This document shows positions 40,199 through 53,230 of a DNA stretch of 64,000 nt, piece after piece (positions within the stretch are counted from its first letter, which is position 1; the number at the start of each line of letters is the position of its first letter). The stretch comes from Octopus vulgaris (taxonomy: Eukaryota). A model generated the notes under the pieces. That model did no database searches and was not told where the DNA came from. It was given only the letters and a program-made list of their open reading frames with translations. The position numbers and the translations under genes were made by a program. Where the stretch lies: contig OX597817.1 of assembly GCA_951406725.2 (NCBI GenBank), positions 41,788,001-41,852,000 of the forward strand. The letters run 5' to 3'.

Positions 40199-40411
40199 TA
40201 TTTCTTTACTGCCCACAAGGGGCTAAACATAGAAGGGACAAGCAAGGACAGACAAAGGGATTAAGTCAGTTACATCGACCCCAGTGCGTAACTGGTACTT
40301 ATTTTATCGACCCTGAAAGGATGAAAGGCAAATTCGGCCTCGGCGGAATTTGAACTCAGAATGTAGCGGCAAACAAAATACCACTAATACCGTTTCTGCC
40401 AGCTCGCTACC
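40199..40411 (-). mobile_element. SINE family C monomer inserted in the RTE
   Basis: 17-bp TSD TTTTCTAGATATTATCT at 40182-40198 and 40414-40430. Confidence 0.88.
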
Positions 40412-42107
40412 TTTTTTCTAGATATTATCTGATCACTTTGTAGAAAATGGCATGCTTGAGGTGATCTTTCATATTTTTCTGTTTCTTTACCATTTTCTTC
40501 ATCTCCTCTGCGATTCTTCCATCAAGCCCCTGCTGGCTGGCAGTTCTCCCCTTCCACATTCAGCCTTTAATTTCTGGACCAGTTTTCATCAACCTTTTCA
40601 AGTTGACTCACCCTCTTGATAGCATCCGATAACCCTGCCACATTAAAAACTTTGATGCATTGATTCTTCATTGAGATGTGCAGTCTTCCCTCTGGTTTTA
40701 TTGGTTGCTGTCTTTGCCAGAAGCAAGCAGTTATTGCTGCCAGTGTTGAATGATGTTACCACCAAGATGTTCTGTCATATGCACCATTTGTTGACCAGGA
40801 TGTAGTCAATTTCATTTTCACACTGAGTGGTTGGGTTAATCTAGGTTCATCTCCTAGATTCCTTCCTGAATAGGCTGTTTCTATAGTAAAGTTTTCTTGC
40901 CTCTGCCATGGTAATCAAACGTTTTCTTCTTTCATTTCTCTCTCCTGATTCAAACTTTCCAACATATTTCTCTGCCAGCCTTCATTTTCCAATGTTTGTC
41001 TTGAAATCTCCCATCCCTATTGTTTAAGTGGTTTTGTGAGCTAATGCTTTCTCTAGCTCTTCATAGGATTCTTCCACTACCTTGTCTTCACTAGCATTTG
41101 TGGGCATATAGGTTTTGATGATCTTCGGGTTGGCATTTCCTTAAAGACAACTGTTTAGCACTGTGGAGAAGACAATTGTCAGGAAATGATTCTTGAAGCC
41201 CATTTTTTTGCATACAATGAACCCTGAACCACCTATTGCTCTTACACTTTCTGCTTTTGCCATCTCACATTTATTTATTTCCTTTGACATGTTTTATAAA
41301 GCCCTAGTAAATCACATTCTATCTTCATTTTCCCTCCATTAGCTGGGGCATTTCAGTTCTCTTTACCAAAGGCCTAAAGTTGTAGGTACACATGGCAAGG
41401 ATTGTTGTCCAATTCCTAGGCAGCCAATGAGTACCTGAGATCCTAAGCAGCTTCTGGTTGCTCAGATTTTGCTCCACCATAATGGAGCAGTCCAACTGGC
41501 CTGCAGGTTACTGAGGCCAATTTTCTCGCACTGTTGTAACTTTCAAATGAAGCCACCCAGTTAGCTAAGCAGGCCGGTCATTTATTTAATACCTCTTTAG
41601 TTTAACTAGCTACCAACCTCAATTGAATAGATTATGTGCTTGCTTCAGCCAGACAGTCTTTCCATAGGATTAGCAGTCCACTACCATAGTTACCAAACCA
41701 ACCATTGTCACTGTTGCACCACAATGAAGTACTGACTAGTGTGAATTGGAATTCAGTTTTCTTTTGTCAATGGAGACAAAAGTCTGGGAATTTCCCGAGT
41801 CTACAGACATGCCTGTGGATTACAATTAGCTAGAAAGTTCCATGTTTTGAGAAAGTCATGAATGAGAAGCAGGAACAAAGAAGTTATTGAATTTTATGTT
41901 CACAATTGGGATTCATTTCAGTGTTTAGAGTTTTTTCTGATCACATCACTTACCCATAGCTGTGTGAAACCAAAATCATGGTTTCAGGTTCAGTCCCACT
42001 ACATGGCACCTTGGACAAGTGTCTTCTACAATAGCCCTAGGCTGGCCAATACCATGTGAGTGGATTTGATAGATGGAAGTTGAAACAAGTTAATCATACA
42101 TATATAG

Positions 42108-42310
42108 TTTTTACTTGTTTCAGTCATTTGACTGCGGCCATGCAAGAGCCCGCCTTTAGTCGAGCAAATCGACTCCAGGACTTATTCTTTGGAAACCTAG
42201 TATTATTCTAGCAGTCTCTTTTGCCAAACCGCTAAGTTACAGGGACGTAAACACACCACCATTGGATGTTGGTGGGACAAACTCAGACAAACAAACATAT
42301 ACACACATAC

Positions 42311-42370
<60 letters not shown>

Positions 42371-42543
42371 CACATATATATGACGGGCTTCTTTCAGTTT
42401 CCGTCTACCAAATCCACTCACAAGGCTTTGGTCAGCCCGAGGCTATAGTAGAAGACACTTGCCCAAGGTACCACACAGTGGGAATGAACCCGGAACCATG
42501 TGGTTGGTAAGCAAGCTACTTACCACACAGCCACTCCTGCGCC
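42108..42543 (-). mobile_element. tRNA-derived CORE-like SINE family A with internal (TA/TG)n
   Basis: Head GGCGCAGGAGTGGCTGTGTGGTAAG...GGTTCATTCCC, CCTTGGGCAAGTGTCTT, tail GCAGTCAAATGACTGAAACAAGTAAAA. Many copies, e.g. 240-660, 5015-5320, 49640-49950, 60000-60385. Confidence 0.85.
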
Positions 42544-43138
42544 TATACATACATGTATACATATATACATTCATGCATACATACATACATCCATACATAC
42601 ATACATACATATGTGCATGTGTGTGCTTGTATGTTTGTGTGCGCATGCGTATGTGTGAATATATGCTTGTGTCTCCTTCTTTAGACATCGCATGATAGTT
42701 GTAAACGGGTATCACCATCATATAACCAGTAACATACATTTCCATCATTCTGTGCAAACATATTTGCTCATGAGGAAGTATGACTTTGCTTGGGAACAGA
42801 TGAGGATTGGCAACAGGCAGAACATCCAACTGTAGAAAAATCTGTCTCATTTAACTTCATCCAACCCATGCAATCATAGAAAAGTAGACCTGAAAATGAT
42901 AATGATGGTGATGATGAGGATATCACAATACTAAAGCACTGGAATAAAAATGCTAATGTACATAGCTTAATTATCTGAGATTTTTTTTTTATAACCTTAA
43001 TTTTCTGCGAGGTGGCAGAATTGTTACCGTACTATGTGAAGTGTTAGCAATATTTCATCCGACCTTATGTTTTGTGTTCAAATTCCATTGAGGCTGACTT
43101 TGCCTTTCATCTTCTTGGGGTCAATAGAATAAGTACCA

Positions 43139-43367
43139 ATTTCTTTACTGCCTAAAATGGGCTACACACAGAGGGGACAAACAAGGACAGACAAACGGAT
43201 TAAGTTAATTACATTGACCCCAGTGCGTAACTGGTACTTATTTAATTGACCCCGAAAGGATGAAAGGCAAAGTCGACCTTGGCGGAATATGAACTCAGAA
43301 TGTAGTGGCAGATGAAATACTGCTAAGCATTTCGCCTGGCGAGCTAACGTTTCTGCCAGCTCGCCGC
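43139..43367 (-). mobile_element. SINE family C inserted antisense into an older family C copy
   Basis: 23-bp TSD TGGGGTCAATAGAATAAGTACCA at 43116-43138 and 43368-43390. Confidence 0.88.
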
Positions 43368-44507
43368 TGGGGTCAATAGAATAAGTACCAGTTGAACATC
43401 AGGGTTGATGTGATCGCCTTAACTACTCCTGGGTAAGAGTATAAGAACTGCACCTCTCTGCCAGGCCATTTTGATTAAGTGTGGCAGAGAAGGGTCGTCA
43501 AACCAGCATGATCTCAAGCTTAGATTCATGGCCTCCATATCAGACTGCTAGTGGAGAGAACAAGCTGAGGCCTTCATCCTGTGGTTGACTGAACATATGC
43601 CTTATGACTTATGACTTAACTTTATTTTCCTTGTGTTTCTTAAAATACATACCAGTTACATATTGGGGTTAATTTCATTAATTATAACCCACTCCAAGAA
43701 ATTTGCAGACTTTACAACACAAGAAATCAATATTTTCATTATATTATATTATTTTTTTCCAGTTTTTTATTGCTTTTGTATCCATTGTTCTGTAAAAATA
43801 ATGACAAATAATTATGCTATCTTGCATAGGTCCCATGAATTACTAGATCATGTATTTTTTTATTTACTATTTTTGTTTTGTTTTGTGTGCGTGTGGGGGT
43901 ATTTTTTTTCCAATATTAACCCCCTTCAAGTTGTGGCATGAGTATTTGCTATTTCCAGCTTTATTGTAGCATTTAATGGTGGGGAAAGAATAGCTTATAT
44001 TCTTCGTTTTGCTTTCTGTTTCTAAAAGTGTCTTTAACAGTCAATGGACAGTTGATGAAGATAGTAAAGAATAAGTCGATTCTCTATTGTTGTTGTTGCT
44101 GTTGCTGTTGTCACATTGTCGGCGCTGGCGGTGATAGTGATGGTGGTGTGTATATAAATATGTATATGTACGTGAGGAGAGAAAGAAAGTGCAAAAGCAG
44201 AGAGTAAGGTGTGTAGTTGTTAGGCAGATATGGTGGTAATGAGAGAGGTTTAGATGGTTCAATTAAATGACTGGGATGCTTCATACCAAGATAAGGCTTT
44301 ATATAAGTTTACCAACAAACCTCCCGCATATATAGTTCTTATTTTTAGGTGCTGGTATGGTTATGTGATTAAGAAGCATGCTTTGCAATCTCAAAATTTT
44401 GGGTTCAGTTCCATTACATGGCACCTTGAGGAGATGTCGTCTACCATTGTCCTAGGCCAACCTAAGTCTTGTGAGTGAATTTGGTCAATAGGAACTGTGT
44501 GGAAGGC

Positions 44508-44724
44508 AGCGAGCTGGCAGAAACGTTAGTACGCCGGGCGAAATGCTTAGCTGTTACGTTCTGAGTTCAAATTCTGCCGAGGTCGACTTTGCCTTTCATC
44601 CTTTCGGGGTCAATAAATTAAGTACCAGTTACGCACTGGGGTCGATCTAATCAACTTAATCCCTTTGTCTGTCCTTGCTTCTCCCCTCTATGTTTAGCCC
44701 CTTGTGGGCAATAAAGAAATAAGA
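44508..44724 (+). mobile_element. SINE family C inserted into a family A SINE
   Basis: 15-bp TSD AACTGTGTGGAAGGC at 44493-44507 and 44725-44739. Confidence 0.85.
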
Positions 44725-44876
44725 AACTGTGTGGAAGGCCATCATGTATGTATGTATATATATATTCCTTTATTTGTTTCAGTCATTTCACTTTGGCCAT
44801 GCTGGAGCACCACCTTGAAGGGTTTTAGTTGAGCAAATTGGCTACCCGGACTTATTTTCATTTCTAAGGCTGAGAA

Positions 44877-45521
44877 CTTAATCTATTGGTCTCTTTTGCT
44901 GAACTGCTAAGCTACGGGTACGCAAACATATCAACACCTTTGCCAAGCGGTGATGGGGGAACAAACACATAAAGATACACATGCACACACACACACACAT
45001 GTATGTACGATGGGCTTCTTTTAGTTTCCGCCCACCAAATCCACTCGCAACATTTTGGTCAGTCCAAGGTTATAGTAGAAGATATATGATAGGCTTCTTT
45101 CAGTTTCCATCTATGAAATCCACTTACAAGGCTTTGATCAACCTGAGGTTATCGCACAAAACACTTGACCAAGGTACCATGCAATAGGACTGAACCCAAA
45201 ACCATGTGATTGGGAAGCAAGCCTCTTACCACACAGCTTATATGTTTAGGTCTTTGTGTTAGTGTTTGGTTGGGAAACTTGCTTCCCAATCACATGGTTT
45301 AGAGTTCAGTCCTACTGCATGGCACCTTGGTTGAGTGTTTTCTGCTATAACCTCAGGTTGATCAAAGCCTTGTAAATGGATTTCATAGATGGAAACTGAA
45401 AGAAGCCCATCATGTGTGTGTATCTTTATGTCTGTGTTTGTTCCCCCATCACCACTTGGCAACCGGTGTTGATGTATTTGTGTACCTGTAACTTAGCAGT
45501 TCAGCAAAAGAAACCAATAGA

Positions 45522-45526
<5 letters not shown>
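44877..45526. repeat. Head-to-head inverted family A SINE pair sharing private variants
   Basis: Left arm 44877-45221 and right arm 45278-45526 are reverse complements, including non-consensus bases (CTATGAAATCCA, GATCAACCTGAGGTTAT, ATAAAGATACAC). Confidence 0.75.
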
Positions 45527-45555
<29 letters not shown>

Positions 45556-46099
45556 GTGAGTGAGAGAGAGATCAGGAATGAAGACAGAGACAGGTGTGTT
45601 GCCACAAAGGAGATACATGGTTACCTAACCTGATGGAAGTGCAGGAGAAGGAGAGAGAGAGTGGGAGATAGCAGGAGAGAGATGGTAGCAGAGTGCCAGA
45701 AATGCTCACAATGGATGGGGATCAGAATATGAATGGGATGGCCAGTAAAGGAAGAGAGAGAAAAAAGATGATGGCAAGTGCCAGGGCATACTCTTGAGGT
45801 TCAAAGGTCATAATATAAGTGGCAGGACATTGCCAAAGAAGTGTGAGTAGAGAGCGGGGAAGGGATATGCAGTGAATGGTGGAAACCTGTGTATATAGAG
45901 TGGGGACGGGGTTACCGGATAGCAATGATACAAAGAAACAGGGCCGTGAGGATGGGATTGAGAAGTGAGAGGTAAGCATATTGTATGAAGTGGAAATGTT
46001 AGGAAGAGAAGAGATGTAGAGATGTAGTTTGGTTTGTTGTGGCAGAGTGTGTGAGAAGTTTTCTTGTTAAATGTGGGTGGAACACACAGCGCTTCTAGA

Positions 46100-47013
46100 A
46101 CTCAGTTTCGCTGATGTGGACAGGTCTTCTCAAGAACTTCATATCATCAGACATTTTGGTCCATTGGCATTTCTTCTGAGGCCCAACATCCTGAGATCAG
46201 TCCTTACCACTTCATCCTCGGTCTCCCTCTACTACAGGTTCCATCCAGTTTCAATGATTGGTACTTCTTCATGCAGCTGTCCTCATTCATATGCATCACA
46301 TGTCCAAACCAACGTAGTCTTCTCTCTTGCATGTTTCATTTGATTCTTCTTATGCCCAACTTTTCTGTCAATAAATTTGCACTTTGTCATACATGCACAC
46401 TGATGTTGCACATCCAACAGAGCATACTACCTTCATTTCTCTCCAATCTATACATGTCTTCTACATTCAGGGCCATTGACTTACTACCATGGAGTATAAC
46501 CATTCACACACAAGCATCATATAGTCTATCTTTCACTCTGAGAGAGAGAGTCCTTTTGTTGCCAACAGAGGTAATAGCTCTCTGAACTTTCTCCACCCAA
46601 TTCTTATTCTAGAAACAATACTTTCAGAGTATCTTCCATCATTGCTAATTTGGTCACCTAGGTAACAGAAACTACCTACAACCTCAAGAGAGCCTCCTGG
46701 GCATTTGAGAGAATCTAAGTCCCGTGTACTCGTAGTGCTTATTGTTCCTGTACATCTGCTATATATAAAGATGACTTTATCTGTTAATCTACCTGTGATT
46801 CCACTGCACCTCTTATGTGTCCATATCTTATACTGGGTGCAGTGAATGGAATTTCTTTCAAATCCTTTCCTATATATTGAGCAGGACCATTTACCTGATG
46901 GAAAGAGAGCTTTATCTTCTTTCTTACAACAACTTTGATCTTTGCTTGGTTAACTTTAAAGTCCTTTGATTCCAGATTTTGTTTCTATACTCGGAATTTC
47001 TTCTCCAATTCTG

Positions 47014-47014
<1 letters not shown>
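46100..47014 (-). mobile_element. RTE LINE 3' fragment with a Cys/His-rich insert after the RT domain
   Basis: LESKGLKVN, GKWSCSIYRKG..NSIHCTQYKIWTHKRCSGITG, SFCYLGDQI, RIRIGWRKFRELLPLL, ERRLRWFGHVMHM, DLRMLGL. Confidence 0.85.
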
Positions 47015-47048
<34 letters not shown>

Positions 47049-47049
<1 letters not shown>

Positions 47050-47252
47050 CCGCATGTGTATCGTTGGCAATTTTATTTCTCCGTCTTCCCTTCTTTGGAC
47101 TTTTTCTTTTATTCTATATTTCTGATGAAGAGTTCCACTTGAAACGGGAAATCCTCCTTCTTTCTTTCCTTTCCTGAGCATCCAATAACACTATACTTAT
47201 TCCATGTCCTCGCGTTGTTGTTCTCTCTTTGTTCATGTTTGGATTAACTATA
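47049..47252 (+). mobile_element. Penelope-like terminal-repeat fragment in (TA)n with a decayed minimal hammerhead
   Basis: Flanked by (TA)n; ATTT-CTGATGA-A GAG TTCCA CTT-GAAAC GGG-AAAT at 47118-47152. Confidence 0.5.
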
Positions 47253-47267
47253 CAATACATATATATA

Positions 47268-47314
<47 letters not shown>

Positions 47315-47330
47315 ACACACACATATATAT

Positions 47331-47708
47331 CTGGCACTCTGTTGGTTATGACGACGAGGGTTCCAGTTGATCTGATCAACCGAACAGCCTGCTTGTGAAA
47401 TTAACGTACAAGTGACTGAGCACTCCACAAGCACGTGTACCCTTAACGTAGTTCTCGGGGAGATTCAGCGTGACACAGTGTGACAAGGCTGGCCCTTTGA
47501 AATACAGGTACAACAGAAACAGAAAGAAGGAGTGAGAGAAAGTTGTGGTGAAAGAGTACAGCAGGGCTTGCCACCACCACCTGCCGGAGCCTCGTGGAGC
47601 TTTAGGTGTTTTCGCTCAATAAACACTCGCAACGCCTGGTCTGGGAATTGAAACCACGATCCTATGACTGCGAGTCTGCTGCCTTAACCACTGGGCCATT
47701 GTGCCTCC
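47331..47708 (-). mobile_element. tRNA-derived SINE with family D head and body plus family B tail
   Basis: The 5' part (GGAGGCACAATGGCCCAGTGGTTA...GAGCGAAAACACCTAAAGCTCCAC...CACAACTTTCTCTCACTC) matches 62633-62810. The 3' part (GTACCTGTATTTCAAAGGGCCAGCCTTGTCACA...) matches family B. Confidence 0.8.
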
Positions 47709-48025
47709 ACACACACACACACACATACACATACACACACACACACGCACACACATACACACAACATGATTCTTTCAGTTTCTGTCTACCAAATCCACTC
47801 ACAAAGCTTTGGCCAGCATACGGCTATAGTAGAACTTTATCATTGACAATAAAAAGATGTTTACATTGTTACCAAAATATGCTACTGGTTTCTATTATTT
47901 TTAAGATGATTTAGTCATACTGTAAGAGAAGGGAAAATAAATTGAAACAAATTAAGGTAAACTAATCTCTTGTGACATCATTTCTGGATGTTCACATGTT
48001 TTACTAACAAAAATTCATGAATTCA

Positions 48026-48029
48026 GTGT

Positions 48030-48124
<95 letters not shown>
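48026..48124. repeat. (TG)n microsatellite
   Basis: Nearly pure TG tract of ~100 bp. Confidence 0.95.
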
Positions 48125-48125
<1 letters not shown>

Positions 48126-49242
48126 ATAGACATGCAAGAATTATTCAAAGAACAGAATATCTGCCAGAGGTTGCTTAAGAAGACTTTCCTAATTTCTAAT
48201 ACAGTGATTCTGTTAGACTGAGAAAGAAAATAATGTTGTTATGGAAATATTGGATAATTACAAATAAATATTAAAAAAAAAAAAGGATATAATTTTATAA
48301 TGATAAATTTAATGATGATGGTAACATAACTGATAGAAACAGAACTGTGTGATATATGATTAACCTTTAAAAAAAATAATATTTACTTTTAGGAGCATTT
48401 ATAAATCATTAATGTAGAAAATGTATTAAATTTACAATAGATATTGCAAATAAGCTAACAACCATTTTAAAATTCTAATAACTGCTTCCCAATATTTAAT
48501 AACTTTCTATAGGAAAATAAAAGTAGATTGAAATTAAATTATCAAACAATATGGCCAGAAAACATTATGAAAGGCTCTAATCATGAATAGAAGCCTGCTG
48601 TTTTAGTCAAATATTTGAAGCAAGCAGTGTTTTTCTATAGCGATACCCTTTTCTTTTTTTACCATCTTTGGGATGATGCAATTAATCCTTAATTCATTTC
48701 TAAGGGAAGGAAAAAAATAATCGAATGAAGTTCAAACAAATGATGCTGGGATTTTTAAAAGCTTATTTGAAATGCTCAGTGTTTATAAAAGCTTCTTCTA
48801 AACTAACAACTGGTACCTAGAATTGCCTGGGTTATTTACAAAAATGATGATAAATTTGATATTATTAATAAAAATAATGATTAAATTAATGTTTCTTTGC
48901 AAATAATAATTTCAATTATCTTCAGGGATAAATATGTTTAGGATTTTTAAAATTTCTTACATCAGATAGACATTCTGCTTACAGTTGATAATAACAGGAG
49001 TATGGTTTATCACAATTCACAACTGCTACTTGATAAATTTATCTTAAATTTTTGTTAAATTACATCAGTGGTTTTCCGTTGGGGTCCTTGGAGGTCCAAA
49101 TAAGATTTTGAGAACAAAATTTATGTGTAATTAATTGGTTATACTTCTACAATACACAAAATATTTTAATAATAATAATAATAATGATGATGATGATGAC
49201 GACGACGATAATAATAATATTAATGAAATTATTGTGTATAGT

Positions 49243-49610
49243 GGCGCAGAGGTGGCTGTGTGGTAAGTAGCTTGCTAACCAACCACACGGTTGCGGGTTC
49301 AGTCCCACTGCGTGGCATCTTGGGCAAGTGTCTTCTGCTATAGCCCCGGGCAGACCAATGCCTTGTGAGTGGATTTGGTAGACGGAAACTGAAAGAAGCC
49401 TGTCGTATATATGTATATATATGTATATGTGTGTGTGTTTGTGTGTCTGTGTTTGTCCCCCTAGCATTGCTTGACAACCGATGCTGGTGTGTTTAGGTCC
49501 CCGTCACTTAGCGGTTTGGCAAAAAGAGACCGATAGAATAAGTACTAAAAGGCGGTGCTCCAGCATGGCCGCAGTCAAATGACTGAAACAAGTAAAAGAG
49601 AAAGAGAAAG
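49243..49610 (+). mobile_element. Family A SINE, young copy
   Basis: Full head to tail with CpGs retained, and a short ATAGTG direct repeat at the flanks. Another full copy at 60666-61076 with an AATTATCTTC repeat. Confidence 0.85.
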
Positions 49611-49842
49611 ATAGTGCTCAACAATTATTAATACAATTCTTTTATTCTTTTAGTTGCTTCAGTCACTTAACTGTGGTCATGCTGGTGCACCGCCTTTAGT
49701 CATGCAAATTGACCCCAGGACTTCTTCATTGTAAATCTAGTACTTATTCTATTGGTCCCTTTTGCCGAACTGCTAAGTTATGGGTACATAAACACACCAC
49801 CATCGGTTGTCAAGCGATGTTGTGAGGACAAACACAGACACA

Positions 49843-49897
<55 letters not shown>

Positions 49898-50806
49898 GAT
49901 GGGCTTCTTTCAGTTTCCGTCTACCAAATCCACTCACAAGGCTTTGGTCGGCTTAAATTCATTGTTGCAACATGTGTTGATTTAGACAGTCAAAAATGTT
50001 ATACAATCAGAAATTTTACCCAATCAGCAAACTAATAGTCTGTTGAGTCACTTTTTTTTTTGTCTCTATTATCCCTTTGGATACCATTCTGCCTGAGCCT
50101 CTTCTGGATCTATGATATAATTTCCTGTTTTAGAGTGATCTAAATTGAAACCTATCAAAACTTGATTTTAATTTGAGTGCCAAACAACACCAGCTTATTA
50201 ATGACAAAATAACTTCATTAAATTCTTCATGGTTTTGAAAATTAATTGGAAAACAGCCAGTGTATTTTAGCATAATTATTGTAACAAAAGAGTTAAGCTG
50301 ATAAAAATATTTTTCCCTCTCTCAGCATTTTGCTTGACACCATGCAAGTCCATCTCTCTACTTCTGATCTTTATTCTTGCAACATCTATGTTTAAGCTAT
50401 TACTTTGCTATTTCATTTCATTCTGTCTCACTACTAGTCAGATGTTAGCTTTGGCCTAGCCTTGACAGTATAATTTCTTCTAGTTTAAATACACATATTT
50501 TTATCTGACTCACTTTTCTACCCATAGTCATTTGCATACATTTAATTCTACAGCACAAATTATTTGATGAACATAGGGACAGGAAAATATCTATGTAGAT
50601 TTTCCTTAACATATCTGCTACATAAATTATTTAACTAACCTATTGTCATACAATTTTACAAATACAGATATTGCTGTAAGGTTAAGAGTGGCACTTCCAA
50701 CCATGTTGTTTTAGATTCAGTCCCACTGTGTAGTGATTCTTCTGTTATAGCCTTAGGATGACCAAGGCTATAATAGAATTTGGTGGACAGAGAGAGGCTT
50801 GTTGTT

Positions 50807-51066
50807 TACACACACACACACTCACATGCATACACATACACATGTATGTATGTACATAGATAAATGTATGTACATAGATACATACATACATACAAGCACA
50901 ATACATACATACATACACACACACATGCATACACACACACTCACACACACACACATACACATACACATGTATGTACATAGATACATGTATGTACATAGAT
51001 ACATACATCCATACATACATACAAGCGCAATACATACACACACACACATTCACAGACACACACAAA
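50807..51066. repeat. Compound (CA/CATA) microsatellite with a duplicated internal block
   Basis: CACACTCACA...CATGTATGTACATAGATA...CATACAAGC(A/G)CAATACATAC occurs twice. Confidence 0.85.
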
Positions 51067-51122
51067 CATGCACATATATGGTCAAACAGATTCTAAAGAG
51101 ACTGGTGTTGGTTTGTGTTGGC

Positions 51123-51159
<37 letters not shown>

Positions 51160-51463
51160 ACAGGAACTGACATCCGGCTGTAAAAAAATGCTTCACTTAC
51201 GTATTTGTATAACTAATACAAATAGGTAATACAAATGTTCATTTACGTAAATTTTGTCTTGATTGTCATAAATTAAAACCTGGAATTTTCCCTATCTGAA
51301 TTCTATTCTGTTTAACCTGAATTAAACAAACCATGTATGGTGTATTTATTATTGCTCTATTTCAATGACAAAATCCATCATGATCAACATTTTTGATGGA
51401 ATTTGAAAAATAAAAGGCAAAAGTAATACACAACCAATGTTTGCTATTATCTCTACAAACAGT

Positions 51464-52220
51464 CTTAATTTCCCACAGACTTAAGCAATTTAGTTCATGA
51501 TCTAAAATTCTCAAAGAAACAGGCAGCATTTCTGGTACAGGTTTTCCAAGCTGGAGTATTTCAACTAAAGAACCGAACCACTTTGTGCACAGGAATTTTC
51601 AGATTAAATTTCTCAAGTTTTATTTATTTAAATGAATTTTCTTTTTAACCATTATTTTTGTTGCTGCAACAACACACCTGATCTAATGGAGCATTTTTCA
51701 ATCTCCTGATTGATGCAACTAGCATCTTTTCATTGATTAATCAGAAGTGAGCAACCACACAGCATTTTATCTCAATAGAAATTTGTATCCATCAATTCCA
51801 TTTGTACTGTCGATCTACATGAAAGAATCTTATACAATCACAAAGAAAAGTGTAATATATATTTATATATTTCCTTTAAGTTTACATGCAGTGGTAATAA
51901 ATATGTATGGAAACTATGCTGAAACATCAAGGTGACAGTTTGACTTAGTTGTAAATGCAAGTGGGGTTTACAAAATACTGTAGTTTTGTTTGTGACTGAG
52001 AAGTAGAGTTAAGAGATCCTACTCCATAAAAAAATACCTGGAGCCAGCCAGCTCATGTTACATTAACACCCTGCATAAATAATGCAACAGAAGAACTTTT
52101 TGTTTCTCTAAAGAATCTATTTCCACCATTTCTTTACTTCAAGTTTGATTTCATGAAGAATTTGTCAAAGTAGTGAATCAATTAGGAAATGGTATGTCAG
52201 AAGAACAAGTTTTCTTGTGA
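51464..52220 (+). pseudogene. Highly decayed DNA transposase fragment, probably CMC/Chapaev3-like
   Basis: Collinear motifs TDLSNLVHDLKFSKKQAAFL, FID*S, NRNLYPSIP...MKESY, WKLC*NIKV, QVGFTKYCSFVCD* and FPPFLYFKFDFMKN resemble ELNDLVRDL.LSK, WRLFIDSS, NGN.YPSIP..MKESY, W.ICGDLKV, Q.G.TK.CCFLC.W and LPPLHIKLGLMKNFVK. The superfamily assignment is from recall. Confidence 0.7.
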
Positions 52221-53230
52221 AAATGAATCAAAACACGAAGTAGTTTCTCTCTTCCCTTTTTCTTCCTTTCTTTTCTGTTTTTTTTTCTTCTTTTTTTTTT
52301 TATAGAAACTCAAATTATAAGGAGAATAATTATGGGTAAGAATATACTGGAATAAAAAGAAACACATTAAAAAGGTTTGGTTGGAATGTTTTTAAAGATG
52401 TTGTGATGTGATAAATATTTGGGGATATCAAAATGCTTCAGAGTTGTGGAAAATATTTTAGTTATATTTATGTATTTGAGATAAAATATGCCATTAGAAT
52501 TTCTTTTCTTTATGGATATCATGTCTTTTTTTCCCCAAAAGGGTTGCATCTGTATACAATGAACATGGAAAGAAAATTTTATCTTGACAAATACATAAAT
52601 AAATAAATAAAAATAAATAAATAAAAAATAAATGAATAAATAAAATTATCAAGCAAAGACATAATGTTTGTCTATCTTTAATGCGTTCAATATTTTTCTG
52701 TCTTTGATTCAGCCTGAAAGAAACCTTACCACTTCCATTATCAGAATGGCCAAACATAATTTAGAACTAAAACATAGGAAAAAGTCAATTCAAACTACAT
52801 CCTATAGTAACAATGTAATTGTCTGAATAATTAGTTTACTTATAAATTTATCTTTTCCAATAATGTTCTTTTATATATATATATATATATATCATAAATA
52901 TATTTTCAATTAATATATTGTTTAATTAATTGTCTTAATTATTTCCCACAATAACCACATGTCCTACATTCTCGTTAAACACTCCATTGTTACTAAGATC
53001 TCAATATTTCATAATTATTATAGGAGCAACAAGTTATTAGCATTCACCAATGTCAGGACATGAATGGTCCAAAAACAGAAATCAATGGAGCTGAAGACAA
53101 AAATATCTTGCAACGTATCTTTTATTCTTTTATTTGTTTCAGTCATTTGACTGCGGCCATGGTGGAGCACTGCCTTTAGTCGAACAAATTGATCCCAGGA
53201 CTTATTCTTTGTAAGCCTAGTCCCTTTTTG

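Larger units (their letters stand above)
38200..41480 (-). mobile_element. Near full-length decayed RTE-clade LINE (APE endonuclease + RT)
   Basis: Minus-strand motifs in the expected order: CTYNFRPL (~41395), IIKTYMPTNASEDKVVEESYEELEKAL, MGDF, GERNERRKRL, NEIDYILV (~40810), LLSHLYKLFAKVILTR (split by a SINE), GHVSKFTDNRWT (~38400). Many stops. Confidence 0.85.
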
